DNA of 64,000 bases, filler included, from Piptocephalis cylindrospora (lineage: Eukaryota), in the NCBI GenBank assembly GCA_003614145.1. It is 3 parts of 3 records of this genome, joined end to end, with 100 filler letters (N's around TTAATTAATTAA, not from the genome) between each part and the next. Parts side by side here need not be neighbours in the genome. Positions count along the whole stretch, not along the records: positions 1 to 23,050 come from KZ987794.1; positions 23,151 to 45,974 come from KZ987795.1; 1 more part is not named here. One strand, 5' to 3'. The notes beneath the pieces were generated by a model. That model saw nothing but the letters and a program-made list of their open reading frames with translations, did not search any database and was not told the origin of the DNA. Positions 13,441 through 25,034 of this stretch are shown one piece after another (position 1 is the first letter of the stretch; each line of letters starts with the position of its first letter). A program made the translations under genes and the position numbers.

Positions 13441-13703
13441 TGATGACGATTTGGTTTCAAAACTGATCAGATTGGGTAATAAATCGGACAGCACAGCTGA
13501 TTGCTCGTAGAGGATAGGAAGGAAAGGGTCTGTTAGCGTTTGACTGTAAGGAAACACAAATGGTCTATACACATCAAATGACCAAAAAACATATTTCGCG
13601 TTCTTGCATAGGGTGATATATGGTTTATCTTTTGCTTTGGCAGGATGATAAAGACGCATACATCAGTCAAGCATCTCCCGAGAAATTATCAGAGATCACT
13701 CGC

Positions 13704-14363
13704 TTAGGACTTCTCCTTGATGAGACTGGAATCGGGCCAAAGAACTCGGTAGACGGTGGTTCCTTCACTGGCCACCTTGGCTGGGCTATCCTTGCCCTTC
13801 TCGGGCCCAGTGACAAAGAGGCTCAGAGGGTTATCATTGGATTTACCATTGGGTCTAGTGCCAAAAGTACCAGAAGCAATATGGGCTCCCTTGAAGATAT
13901 CGTCGTCCAGAGGCGATGTAGACGACTCATCCGGGGTAAGGTCGGTCCATTTCTGACTAGACCAGAATTGGCCTACTTCGTCGTTGCCAAAATCAGCAAT
14001 TTCAAGCTGGTCACTTCCTTGAGACGCTGTGATGATCCGTTGAGTACCGACGATAGGGTAGCTACCCAACGAGGCAGAATTCAAGGAGTTGGTAGAAGGG
14101 TTGTAAATACAGCCAGGCAAAGGATTTCCTATCTTGCGCCAAGTAACAGGACCATAAGATGCATCCCCTGGACCACAAAGAAAGTATAAACCATCTTCAC
14201 CCTTGGCTACCACCGAAGTGAGGGAAAACGGAGCGTACCCCACAGCCCGTCCGCCTCCGGGAGACATAGGATCAGGGCTGTTATCACCTGACGCAGGCAT
14301 GGCCTGGGAGCCAGAGAAAGCAAGGGAGAAGAGGAGGGCGGGGAGCAAGGAAGTAGAAAGCAT
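13704..14363 (-). CDS. Orphan secreted protein (219 aa)
   Basis: N-terminal signal peptide MLSTSLLPALLFSLAFSGSQA; single exon; pyrimidine-rich leader upstream. Confidence 0.8.
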   Translation of the reverse strand: MLSTSLLPALLFSLAFSGSQAMPASGDNSPDPMSPGGGRAVGYAPFSLTSVVAKGEDGLYFLCGPGDASYGPVTWRKIGNPLPGCIYNPSTNSLNSASLGSYPIVGTQRIITASQGSDQLEIADFGNDEVGQFWSSQKWTDLTPDESSTSPLDDDIFKGAHIASGTFGTRPNGKSNDNPLSLFVTGPEKGKDSPAKVASEGTTVYRVLWPDSSLIKEKS

Positions 14364-14944
14364 GGTGGTCAGCTGGGAAAGAGGAGAAACGGGGAGAGGG
14401 GAGTTTGATGAATGACGAAGACCAGCAACGTGTATTCAGTGAGAGATGGAGAGGAGGTAAGAAAATTGGAGGAATGAATGGGAATGGTGAGGGAAAAGGG
14501 CGAGAAACAGGAAGCAAAGACAGGAGGTTCCTCTCTACACTTATACCTTTCCCCTATTTGAACTGTTCATGGGAATAGATATAACGTTCTATCAGCTGGT
14601 TCTCCTTACTTCATTGCCTCCTCCCAAAACGGCGGGATCAGGTGATGGAGCGCTCACAAGAGCGGAATTGAAAATACTTCTGTGTCGTTGAGGTGATTTG
14701 TGGGTGTGGAATGATCACTTATTATATAGAAGTCCTGATGGGAATATGGTTTTATGGAATGGATACGAGGTATATGGGAGGAGCAGGCTAGGAAACGCGG
14801 GATTTGAATAGCTTAGAAGGCCATCTTAAGCAGCATTTAGGATGGAAAAGGTAAGACCCAGAGTTTAATCTAGGAGAGAAAAAAAGCCAAGATTTATGAG
14901 GAGGAAAAGATGAAAGAAAATGTAAATCATCGCCCTTGGGCTTT

Positions 14945-15050
14945 TTATCTCTTTCTGTTTTTACATCCTTGATCCTTCTTGGTTGTGTCGCTGTTTAACG
15001 CTTGATTCGCTTTGTTGTAGCGTTCAGCTACTACAATAGACATCAGAGTT
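14945..15050. repeat. Diverged direct repeat, copy 2
   Basis: TTGATCCTTCTTGGTTGTGTC...TTGATTCGCTTTGTTGTAGCGTTCAGCT aligns by eye to 13335-13440. Confidence 0.6.
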
Positions 15051-15916
15051 CTGCCCAGCATTCACCAGCTATTCAGTGCGAATATCCCCTTATCATTATC
15101 TACCAGAGTATCTTTCAGTCAATCTGACCAATCAGCTGTCTAGCTGCGTGGGGCTGAAAAAGCACAATGTGAAAAGGGCAGATGAGTTGGTTAGAAGCGT
15201 TACCTATCGTGCAAGGCAAGCATTGGTTCAATGAAAAGGCTCAAGAGAAAGCATGCCAAGGACAGGGAGAGGGGGATGAGAATGGGAATGGGAATGGTGC
15301 TCAGCGTCACTGCGTTTCCAATCTCAACATCCTGGGAGCAAGGTGGGTGGTTAGTAGGTAAGTAACCAGTAGATGGGGAGGATAATTATGTTATGTCTTG
15401 GGGCCACGACTGGGTTGAATTTGAGCGAGAGAGAGCTAGAGACGGGCTGTAACTCCGCTCAGGATAAAGAAAGGGACAGGATATGTCAGCGTATATTTCG
15501 AAACCTTCGCTCTTAAGTCGGAGAAAGAATCTCTAACAGAGACCCGTTTCAATCGTCCTCTCATTGATCGCCTTTGTCTCTTCACATCTCCTGACAATCC
15601 ATGGACTCCATCTTCGTCCCTTTTCCTTCCTGAGTATGAGAACAGGATAGCCTTACTAACCATTCCTTGTCTAGCTCTGTCATTCAGTGGTGCATTCCCC
15701 TAGATCAGCCATGTCTCCCACTCCCCCATCGCAACAGACTTAAATAGAGGCCAGGTCGAAGCCCTTTCCTCCCATCCCATCCTGCTCACCCTCCAACCTA
15801 CCCAATCCTACTCTCCTTTTACCGTCTTCCCCTCTTCAGAGCTTTGGTCTCTTCTCCATCCTTCTACTTTTCTCGTCAAGCGACACTCCCTTTCCCATCA
15901 TCCCCTGTTCTTCACT

Positions 15917-16264
15917 ATGAAGCTCACATCCATCCTACTCGTCTCCGCCATGCTGGTAATGGCCCTTACTGTTGCTGCTAGTCCCGCTCCCAAGAAGGAT
16001 GAACATTCTGAGGATCAGGATGATAAGCAGTCTGGGGATAAGGATGACAAGAGTGAAGATGTCAAAGAGTTTGGTGCACTTGATAGCGATTCGGATGGTC
16101 TGTTCGTTACGGATCCCCAGCCGTGGACCGACGCCGAATGCAGGAGCGACAGCGATTGCCACCGTCCTGGTGAAGTGTGCAAGGGTTGGGGCAATAGCTG
16201 CGTTAATAAGGAGGCGATCGATGCTTGGGAAGCGAGACAGCCAAAACTTCCGGGGTTCCCTTGA
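15917..16264 (+). CDS. Small secreted cysteine-containing protein (115 aa)
   Basis: Signal peptide MKLTSILLVSAMLVMALTVAA, acidic/Lys-rich spacer, then C-X5-C-X6-C-X6-C module; CT-rich 5' leader. Confidence 0.85.
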   Translation: MKLTSILLVSAMLVMALTVAASPAPKKDEHSEDQDDKQSGDKDDKSEDVKEFGALDSDSDGLFVTDPQPWTDAECRSDSDCHRPGEVCKGWGNSCVNKEAIDAWEARQPKLPGFP

Positions 16265-16870
16265 GTAAAAGATACCGATCCCTCTCCATCCCTACTTCTC
16301 AAGCAGCTGTGTCTTTATTAGGAATCTCTGGCCATAATAGATCCTTAGCACTGACTGTCATTCTTTTAGGATTTTCATGAATAGCTGCTCCCCATTGATT
16401 GTGTGTGGCAGTTCATGCTCATACATCAGAAAAATGATCTCTTCTGGAGGAAATAAGGATAGAGGAAAGTAAAAAGAGAGAAAAAAGAAGAGTTTCGTAA
16501 AGGTATGGTGACTCAAGAAATGGGGGACTTGGAGTATTTGAATGATGATTTAGATTAAAGTTTCCATCTAGAGCTAGGATAAGGCTTGGATGGAGCCGAG
16601 AACGGCTTTGTTCTTTATCGTGCATGATTGAGAGTAGAAAGGTATCAGAATCAATACTCTTTTGTGCATAGCATTCGTTATTCAACTTCATTATTATTGC
16701 AATCAAGGGAAGGGGCATGTTCAGAGTATCAAGTGACATAGAAGGCAGGTGCACATGTAAAATGAATACCAAATATGTTCTATGTTCCCTTAAATAGATG
16801 CTACCAACTCCTTTCCTTAGAGTATTGCTCTCATCATTATCTTCCCGCAAGCTCTCTGGCTACTCTCTAT

Positions 16871-19313
16871 TTACCCTTCGACGGTGTAAGAGTTGGCCTT
16901 GTGTTTAGGGACAAAGCTAAAGTCTGCCGGGGAAGGACCAAGGAGCATTTCACTGCAAGCAATGGTGATGAAGGTTTAGCGGCGACTAAGATTGAGAATA
17001 TCATCTCATAATAGATACTAGAGATAATAAGGGAATGATGCACTCACCTAATTTTCACCCAGTCAGATGCATTGGGGCTGGCCATCAGGGTTTCTAAATC
17101 ATTTCGGCCTCGGAATGCCGGGGGACGATCGTTGATCTTGGGAGGCATAACTTCAAGCAGGCCAATAGGGATGTAGCTAATGAGGAGAATGGGCGATCAG
17201 TAAGTAAAAAAGAATTCTGTCTTCCCCGGCGTTTAATCACATTGGCCAAGATCACACACTCACCGATGAAGAAATGATTGCCATTCACAAAGGAAACGAC
17301 GAGTTAGGTTCACTCCTTGCGTGTCACTTCCCCAGTGCTCCAAACCAAAATCACAAAACTGGCGGAGAATGTCAAGCCGTTCCCCTGATGAAATATCCCA
17401 GTGTCGGCGCTCCTGAATCTCCTGGAAGATCCATGGCTTGATCAGGGCTCCACGGCCAATCATCACTCCATCCACTCCGTTATCTTGATTAACCTGAGAA
17501 TAATAGTCTTCCCAAGACAGTACATCCCCATTACCTGCACCACGATCGAAGGATGAGTGTCGAATGGGACACGTTCAATCTGGGCAAAAACAGAAGAAGT
17601 ACTTACCGAAAAGAGACATTGGGATGGTACGATCGCCTTCGTTCGCAAGGACACCACGACGGCTCTTACTACAGCTCTGAACGTAATCCCAATCTGCTGA
17701 CTTGGTGTACCGTTGCTGCCGCGACCGTCCATGAAGCTATTCGTAGTGCAAACACAAGGCAAAGGTTCCCATGTCAATATGGTCATGCTCAATGAAGCAT
17801 TTCCCCCTACCCCTACTCTCCCTTACCGTGACGTTAGAAAGACCCCAAGAGGAGATGCGAGGAATAAGGTGATGAGCCGTGGGCCTTGCGTCCATCACAC
17901 CCATGCGGATCTTGGCTGTGATGGGGATAGAGGTGACCGCATCCATTCCACGAAGGATACGACCCAGTTTGTTAGGTACATCCATCAACGCACTCCCCGC
18001 ACCCCGATTAAAGACCGTGTCAATGGGACAGCCCACATTGAGGTCAATAAAGTCGATCTGGTAATCCTCATGACTGAGGAGTTCAGCACATTGGACCAGG
18101 GGGTCTGGCTTATTGCCACACACCTGGACGCCAAAGATATCCTCAGAGGGGTGTCGTTTGATCAGGGCCCATTCGGATTTGAGGCCTTGAAGAAGATTTG
18201 TGGCTACAGCCATCTCCCCGCACGTAATGTCGACACCAAAGCCCTTGCACACCCGGCGGAAAGGAAGGTTCCCTACGGTGGTCAAGGGAGCCAAATAGGT
18301 CTTTCCGCGGATATCAATCTATCGTCATATGGATGGGAGAAGAAATGAGCTGAGCGCTAGCTAGAAAAGAGAAAAGGACAACAACTCACCTCCTTCTTCT
18401 CACACTGGCGTAGGGGAGCCTCTTGATAGGTAGACTCGTTCGAAGCCTCCTTTACAGAGGCCTCATTATGAGGGTTGTCTCCTTCACTCTTCTTGGATTC
18501 TATCTTGGGCTCTTTTCCGCTTTCCTCCTTCTTAGATTCAATCGGACCATCACCATCAGTATGGCCTTCCTTGGCCTTGTCCTCAAGCCCAGAGACTTTG
18601 GAGACTACCTGGGAGGCACGCTCCTCCTGCTGACGTTGCTTCTCTTCCTCAATAAGGCTCAGGACCTTTTTGCTACGGCTAAAGGAAAGTTTTTTCGTCC
18701 GAAGGTCCTTGAGGAAGGCACTGCGGACAAAGTTAACATGGGCCTTTGGAGCCGTGGCCTGACGCTCCTCATTCACCATGAGTGACCCATCCTCGGGGTT
18801 GGTGTGCATTTTGGCGTATCGGCATCGGTGGCCATAGGGGCATTTGCCAAAGACAGAGAAATGAATGCAACGATCACCAATGTCAGCAGGCTTCACGGCG
18901 AGGTAGCTGGCCAGGTCATGGGAGAATCTGCAGGGCTCCTGGCATGGGTCACCCGAGGCAAATCGACGGCAGATCTACATAAGATAAGGAGAGGGGGAGA
19001 AGGATAAGAAACCGAGAGGGATAGGTAGTTCCATGAATTTAGACCTGCTTTGCCGCTCCTTTCTCTCTTAAACTCCTCTTACATCAAATTCGTCACGGGA
19101 GTTGCCCGCCTTACGGTTCTTGTTCTGTCCGCGCCCGCGTCTTTGCTTCTTCTTTGGTGGTCCCGATGACGTATTCTCGTTATCTTTCTGGTCGGTAATC
19201 TCCTCTGTCCTCGTGTCTGTATCGGTGGGAGCAATTGCTTGGGCCTCGGAAGGCTTCAGAATGTACTCAGGCTTAATGGGAGCTGTGCCTGGGGGTAAGG
19301 TAGAGGCAGTCAT
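16871..19313 (-). CDS. DUS3: tRNA-dihydrouridine(47) synthase, multi-exon
   Basis: [19 protein letters not shown] zinc fingers, [75 protein letters not shown]; stop at 16871-16873. Confidence 0.96.
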
Positions 19314-19962
19314 GATATTCTTTTGCGATAGGGCCACGGTGGGGGAAGACAAAGGTATAAATGGGCGGTGATGGTCAATCAAATGGTAGAACAACGAAAC
19401 TGGAAGTGTCGTGCTGGATGGAGAAAAAGACAAAGCCGGCAAAATAGGTTGATAGTGATTGCAAAGAAGAATTGGGCTGAGCCTGATTATCGTGATGGCT
19501 GTCTACTATAGCAATTGAACTTTATTTTTATTTTTTAAAATGAGGTTGATTTTTATCATCACTGCACTCAGAGTGATGGCTTAGTTGCATAAAAATGCAT
19601 TGTCTTGTGGGGAAACACAGACCCAAGAGGTATTGCTTCCGAAAAAGAACAAGCAGTGGGCTGCATGCTAAAAATGGGATTTTTTCCATAAAAGTTTAGC
19701 TTTGTGCAAAATTTGATATATTAAGAAGAGATTGCTGTATTTACCACTACTAGGAAGAGAAGGGATTTAATGCGGACGTATTTATCCCGATCATCGAGGC
19801 TCCCTCGTTCACACCTTTTAAAACCAAAACAACTTCTTTGACATACATCAACGAAGCTTTGTAACAAGCCAGATAATTCTTAAAAGCGCCCCCATCACAT
19901 TGCATCGAACGGGCCCATCGTATTCAGTCTAGGACCAGGGACTTGACGACCGTAGCTCCACC

Positions 19963-22255
19963 ATGTCAGAGTCGCTTGGCTTTACGGAAAGCGTCATGTA
20001 TGAGGACTCGCCACTAGCCGAGTATATGCAATGTAGGTTATTTTATACTCCACCTATCACAGTCCTTCTAATTCACTCTATCTTTGGATGATGACATTGT
20101 CTCGATAGCGATCGAGATAGATGAGGGTGCTATATCCACTCTTCCTGAACAGCCCACCAAACTAGGCGTTGGCTTCAAGAAGTGGACAAGTAGATTTTTC
20201 GCAATACCATGTATTTTGTTGAATCGTTTAAGGGGCATAGCAGCCCTCGGGAATGAGCAGCGACTCTCCATTCTTCTTTATCACCAGCTCTTAAACTCTC
20301 CACTCGTCCATACCCGTCCACCGAAACGTGGGACACCCATACCTCCAATCCTGCCTGTATCAAGATCATGGATAGGGAGCTGGATGGATCGTATGCTCAT
20401 TCTACCTCTCTCCAACTTCCCTACTCTTCTTTTAAGTATGGTGATTCTGGCATCCTCGAGTCTTCCAACTTGCCTCTCCGTACTCTCTCCTCGCATGAGT
20501 ACCTTCCTTGGGTCTACATCCTTCAAGCTTTGGATATACCGGGCTGGCGGCTGGATGGGGACGGGGGCGCTGGTAGGTTGCAACGGGGTGAGTGGCTCTT
20601 GCTTTCCTACACGTTGCTCACCTTTTCCCTTGGCCGTTTATTCAGTCCATTGCCCTCTTCACCTGGACGTTAAAGAGACTTCTGGCCGTTGGCTCCTGCC
20701 GACTATCTCGTGCGTGCCATCAGCTACATGCCCAGTGCTCTAGGAGTGTGCTGGCTATCGGTGAGGTAGAATTGGTGGCACGGGGTTATCGACTGGCGGG
20801 ACATGGGTCCAATGCCCTTGGCGTATCATCTATTTCGCGGATTGAGCAGGTCGCCTCGGTAAAACATTGCCTACCCTTGCGTATGAATATCCTTGAGGCT
20901 TTGGAGGGATCTTTTGAAGCGCTCTCCATCCCCTACGGAAATCAAGTACCTTGGACCAACAACACAGGAGAGGGCCCAGCCTTGTCATGTGAGGCACCTA
21001 TCGCCCCATCCACTGCTGGCGTACACCTAAATCATGAAAATAGGATGGAGGAAGAGGAAGGGGAAAGGGAATCGTTGTCCATCAGATATCTCCAAGGCCA
21101 GATCCTCCAACTCCATCTGCAGCGTCGACTATGTCTTGTTGAGTGCCTTCAACGACTCGAAGAGTTGGAAGGGTCGCCCCTGACGCTGTATGGCTGGATT
21201 CGGGGTTATCTATATGCTCACCAAATCGTGCGATGGCTTTCCCGTCTCTCCATGGTGACTGAGTGTGGATCTAAGGCGGTGGAGAAGGGGTTTTCTCGTG
21301 AGTTCTTGGATCGCTCGCGTCTCTGGGATAGATGCTCCTCTGAGCATGATTCTTCAGATCGTTCCTCGGCAGACCGAGAGGAGATGGAAGGCCATGGAGG
21401 AGATCCGTCGGGATTTCAACACCAGTGGCTCCGACACATACGAAACCTAGAGAGACAAGTAGCTCTGGTCAACACAAAGCTTTATCTCGAGAGGTCGGAG
21501 GGGGCGCATAGAGATGGTGATGGGAATGGTGGGAGTATAAAAGAAAAAGAGGCCCACAGGGTGGAATGGGCCAAGGCGGCATTGGATCGGTGGATATCAG
21601 TCCGTCAGGCCCTGGAAGATGCTAAAGTGGCTTGGACCGGTGGCCAGCTTTGGCTACAGCATGAAGCCACTGGCGGCTTTACAGGGGCTGATGAAGGACA
21701 TTTACCATTGGGGCTCTCGGAGGATGCAGATCATCTTGAAGAATCGGAAAACCCGAATGGCGTTGATTCCTCAACTCCCTTTGATTCTGATATGACCCCA
21801 CATCATTGGGATGTGCCTGGTGAAGTATTTGAGGCTATGGCTGAGCCAGAGGAGTTTTTCCGCCCAGCTTCGGTAAGTGGACCCAAGCCGATTTGTAGAA
21901 TTTGGGCATGTGATTTAACAAAATACTATTTATTTCGGCTTTCGGAATATACCTGTACTTCTATTATTAGAAGATCCCTCGGGAAGAGAGAATTCGACTT
22001 GAGCGTAAACGACGGGTTGTAAGGGTAAGTGGGAAGGGGGGGAGCATCCTTGGATGTACATGGAGGGCCAAGGAAGTACCCCTGATTTATTCTTCTCTCA
22101 TTCTTCACCTTACTCGGGCTACTGGATATGATATTCTTACGGGAATGGCATGCATATAGGAGCAGGAGCAGATGGAGAGACTGGATAGGGATCGATTGTT
22201 GCTGGAGCTGAAGGATGTAATCCATGACCGTGAGAGAATGAGTGATTCCACGTGA
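19963..22255 (+). CDS. Vezatin-like (myosin/dynein-associated) protein, multi-exon
   Basis: N-terminal VMYEDSPLAEY, central IGEVELVARGYRL and C-terminal EVFEA...IPREERIRLE...LLELKDVI motifs typical of fungal vezatin. Introns 20391-20436 and 20588-20645 reconcile the three ORF frames. Confidence 0.8.
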
Positions 22256-22532
22256 GTGATTAGTGGTGGTGATGGCTGGTTATAGTAAAGTAAGTTACAT
22301 GGTCAAGATTGAAATGCGTATAAGACCCAAGAAGGATCTTTAACACTGATAATAGGCGCTATGAGGATGCCAGACCCTATTTTTCTTTCTTTCTGCCTCT
22401 ATCGTATTTCATATTGTATAGAAAACTGAATTTCAAAGCGATAGGATACACTACTGTTGATTGTGCAAACTTGAATGCTTTTATTCAACGAAGGAGAGCG
22501 ATGCAATAGGAAGCGACGGGATTGACAATGAC

Positions 22533-22823
22533 CTACAGGCCAGCGGCATCCTGCTCCATCTTACCTCCCTGCTTACGTAACTCTCCTTTGGCTTGATGGG
22601 TGGTGTTTCCAGTAACCTTGCCCATGAGCTTCTCGCTCTCGCCGGCGACCCGGTCGGTCACCCCAGCGGACTCGTGATGAGCCTGAGCTTGGTGCTTCTC
22701 GGCAGTACCGGATGCATTGTTTCCATAGCCACGAGCCTCCATGGAGTGATTGCCGGTGGCGGCTCCGACATTCTGCTGGGCCTTTCCTTCGAGTTGATCT
22801 TTGGTGGCGTTGAGATGAGACAT
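22533..22823 (-). CDS. CsbD-like small hydrophilic stress protein
   Basis: MSHLNATKDQLEGKAQQNVGAATGN...GKVTGN...QAKGE: two CsbD-type repeats, 96 aa. Confidence 0.8.
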   Translation of the reverse strand: MSHLNATKDQLEGKAQQNVGAATGNHSMEARGYGNNASGTAEKHQAQAHHESAGVTDRVAGESEKLMGKVTGNTTHQAKGELRKQGGKMEQDAAGL

Positions 22824-23050
22824 GGTGATGTGGATAAATGGGATAGAAGCTTGAATGAGTATGGGCAAAGTTGGTATGTTGTTCGGGATGTTGATGGGTT
22901 GGAAAGTGGTGTTGCTGGAGTAGGTGAGTGTGTTGAAGTAAGCAATGCGTGGTCAATGGGATGAAAAAGGCCTTATTTTATGTCTTTCGTCGGGGGGGGG
23001 GGGGGGTTTTTATTTCTGAAGTGAAAACCGCAGAACAGAAGCGCGGCCTG

Positions 23051-23150
23051 NNNNNNNNNNNNNNNNNNNNNNNNNNNNNNNNNNNNNNNNNNNNTTAATT
23101 AATTAANNNNNNNNNNNNNNNNNNNNNNNNNNNNNNNNNNNNNNNNNNNN
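23051..23150. other. Assembly gap / artificial contig linker
   Basis: 100-nt N run with central TTAATTAATTAA (stops in all six frames). Confidence 0.97.
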
Positions 23151-25034
23151 CATGGAGAGATGGATTTTTACCAGAAGTATTGTTGAGCTTTGAGAGGGAT
23201 TGAAAACGAAGGGGGTTGGTGGCAGGGGGAAATTGGACCCTCTTTATACCTAAGCCTGACGTTGCTATCACGCTTGATTAGCGGAAGTGTGGTGCAAGGT
23301 ATGTGACGGGAGGAACGTGGGTAAATTACACCTCCGAGCCGCAGAGAAGGGGAAGGAAGGATAATGAGAGGCGGGAAAAGGAAGGGAAGATAGATAGGGC
23401 ATGATCTCATGCTATCGGCTTTATGGCCCTGCACTTCCTATTTCATCGTATCATAAATTTACTCATCATCATTTACTCCTTTTCTTCTCTTCCCCCTGTG
23501 CCTCGATGAGGCTGAGGTGACATGGGAAATACGAGTCTGTTCCGTCGACATCTGTCCGCAAAAGGCAACGGAAGCTGGGTAGTCCGGGCCTTTGAGTCAT
23601 GTCGGCCCATCTGAGTGTGTCTCTGCGCACTGGTTGGTGCAGTTGCTCCGTCATATCCGAGCACCTCAAATCCAATGTATCGGATACTGATAATGTACAG
23701 CCCTGTCCCTCTCTCCATTGTGAGGACCTTTTCCTACCTTATGCGGATCATCCTCCTTCCGAATCATGACCCAAATCGGGAAAACGCCATATGAAGCATG
23801 TGTGTCTGTCTTCGCTCTCCCTCCACCTTGTCCGCACGACTCCAGGAGGGCCGTATGATGTCACTGCACACCGATAAAATCCGCTTTGATTGGTGGAAGA
23901 AATTCCATAAGTCTCTTGGATCTTGCAAGACAATTGCCTGTGCCTTTGCACGGATGTATCAGTCGGGGAGTCATGTGATTTATAGGTGGTAGGGCTCCTG
24001 GCGAATGTAGTAGTATTATTATCCAACTGTAATAATCATCATAGGATGGTTTTCTCCAAGAGGGTCACTTATGATTATGGTGGTGTGTGACACACTCCTA
24101 GCAAAACATAGTATTGGGGTCTAATGTTATTATGAGGAGTGTATGGTTCTTTCCGTCGACAATTTACTACGGCCATGATGCTCCATTTTTTATTATATCG
24201 CCTTTATATACAGATGCATGTAAATAGAAAGTGATATAGGGTGCGCCATATAGCATTGTAAACAGAGCGCATGTAGGGACATTTTAAGCTCAAGGGATGA
24301 CTAGCGCTCTACTTGGCTAGTCAACTGACCCTCATCTTCGGACATTTCGATTGGAATCAAAGCTGTTTGTTGGTATCCAAGGTACTGGAAAGCGGACTCG
24401 TTTTTGATGGCAAATGATGATTTGTATTGGAAAATATTTGGGCTATTCTTGTACCCAGATCATCGCTCCCATGTCTTGGAGACCATGTGCACCCTATTAG
24501 CGGTTATTCGGGAAACACCCATAATACTGAAATATCCGAACGCCTGGACCAGAATTAAACCTCGGTCGTCGGACTCATCAACGAATGTGCCCGTTTTTAA
24601 GCCACATCCCAGCTCAGTCTCTCTCGGAAAGGCTTACTTCCATATAGGATGAGGCCCAAGGACGCGCAACACCCCATATACATAGGATCCTTTTCATTTT
24701 AAGAGTAAGATGATATCTTGGGTTCATCCATTGCTGTGCCATGTCCGCAACGTTTGCCCTGGTTGAACAGCCCTGAAAAGACGCAGTCAGTGTCCATCTC
24801 CTCCGACCGATAGATCATCTCTCACAGCCTTTCCCGTCTCATCTTTCTTCCAGCACTCCCCCTCTTCTCCTTGCGCCCACCTCCCCAGCGTGAAAGAGCA
24901 GTCACCTCCCTCCCGAAGGAATATCCTTGTCTAGGGAGCATAAAGTAATAGTATCAGAATAAATTCAGCCCAAATTCCCTGATATGCTCTCACTCTTCCT
25001 TTCCCTAGAGCACATGTCTGTCGTGCACGGAAAA

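Noticed and set aside
20084..20743. Apparent double frameshift in the vezatin-like gene
   Set aside because: GT-AG introns at 20391-20436 and 20588-20645 join the frames in phase.
22992..23006. Poly-G tracts (also 63872-63886) as functional G-quadruplexes
   Set aside because: They lie next to contig or window ends and the following sequence looks low quality; function cannot be supported.
23095..23106. Palindromic TTAATTAATTAA as a biological motif
   Set aside because: Embedded in N runs and repeated identically at the second gap; an artificial six-frame-stop linker.
23151..24980. Short ORFs after the first gap
   Set aside because: No recognisable motifs or consistent exon chain; left unannotated.
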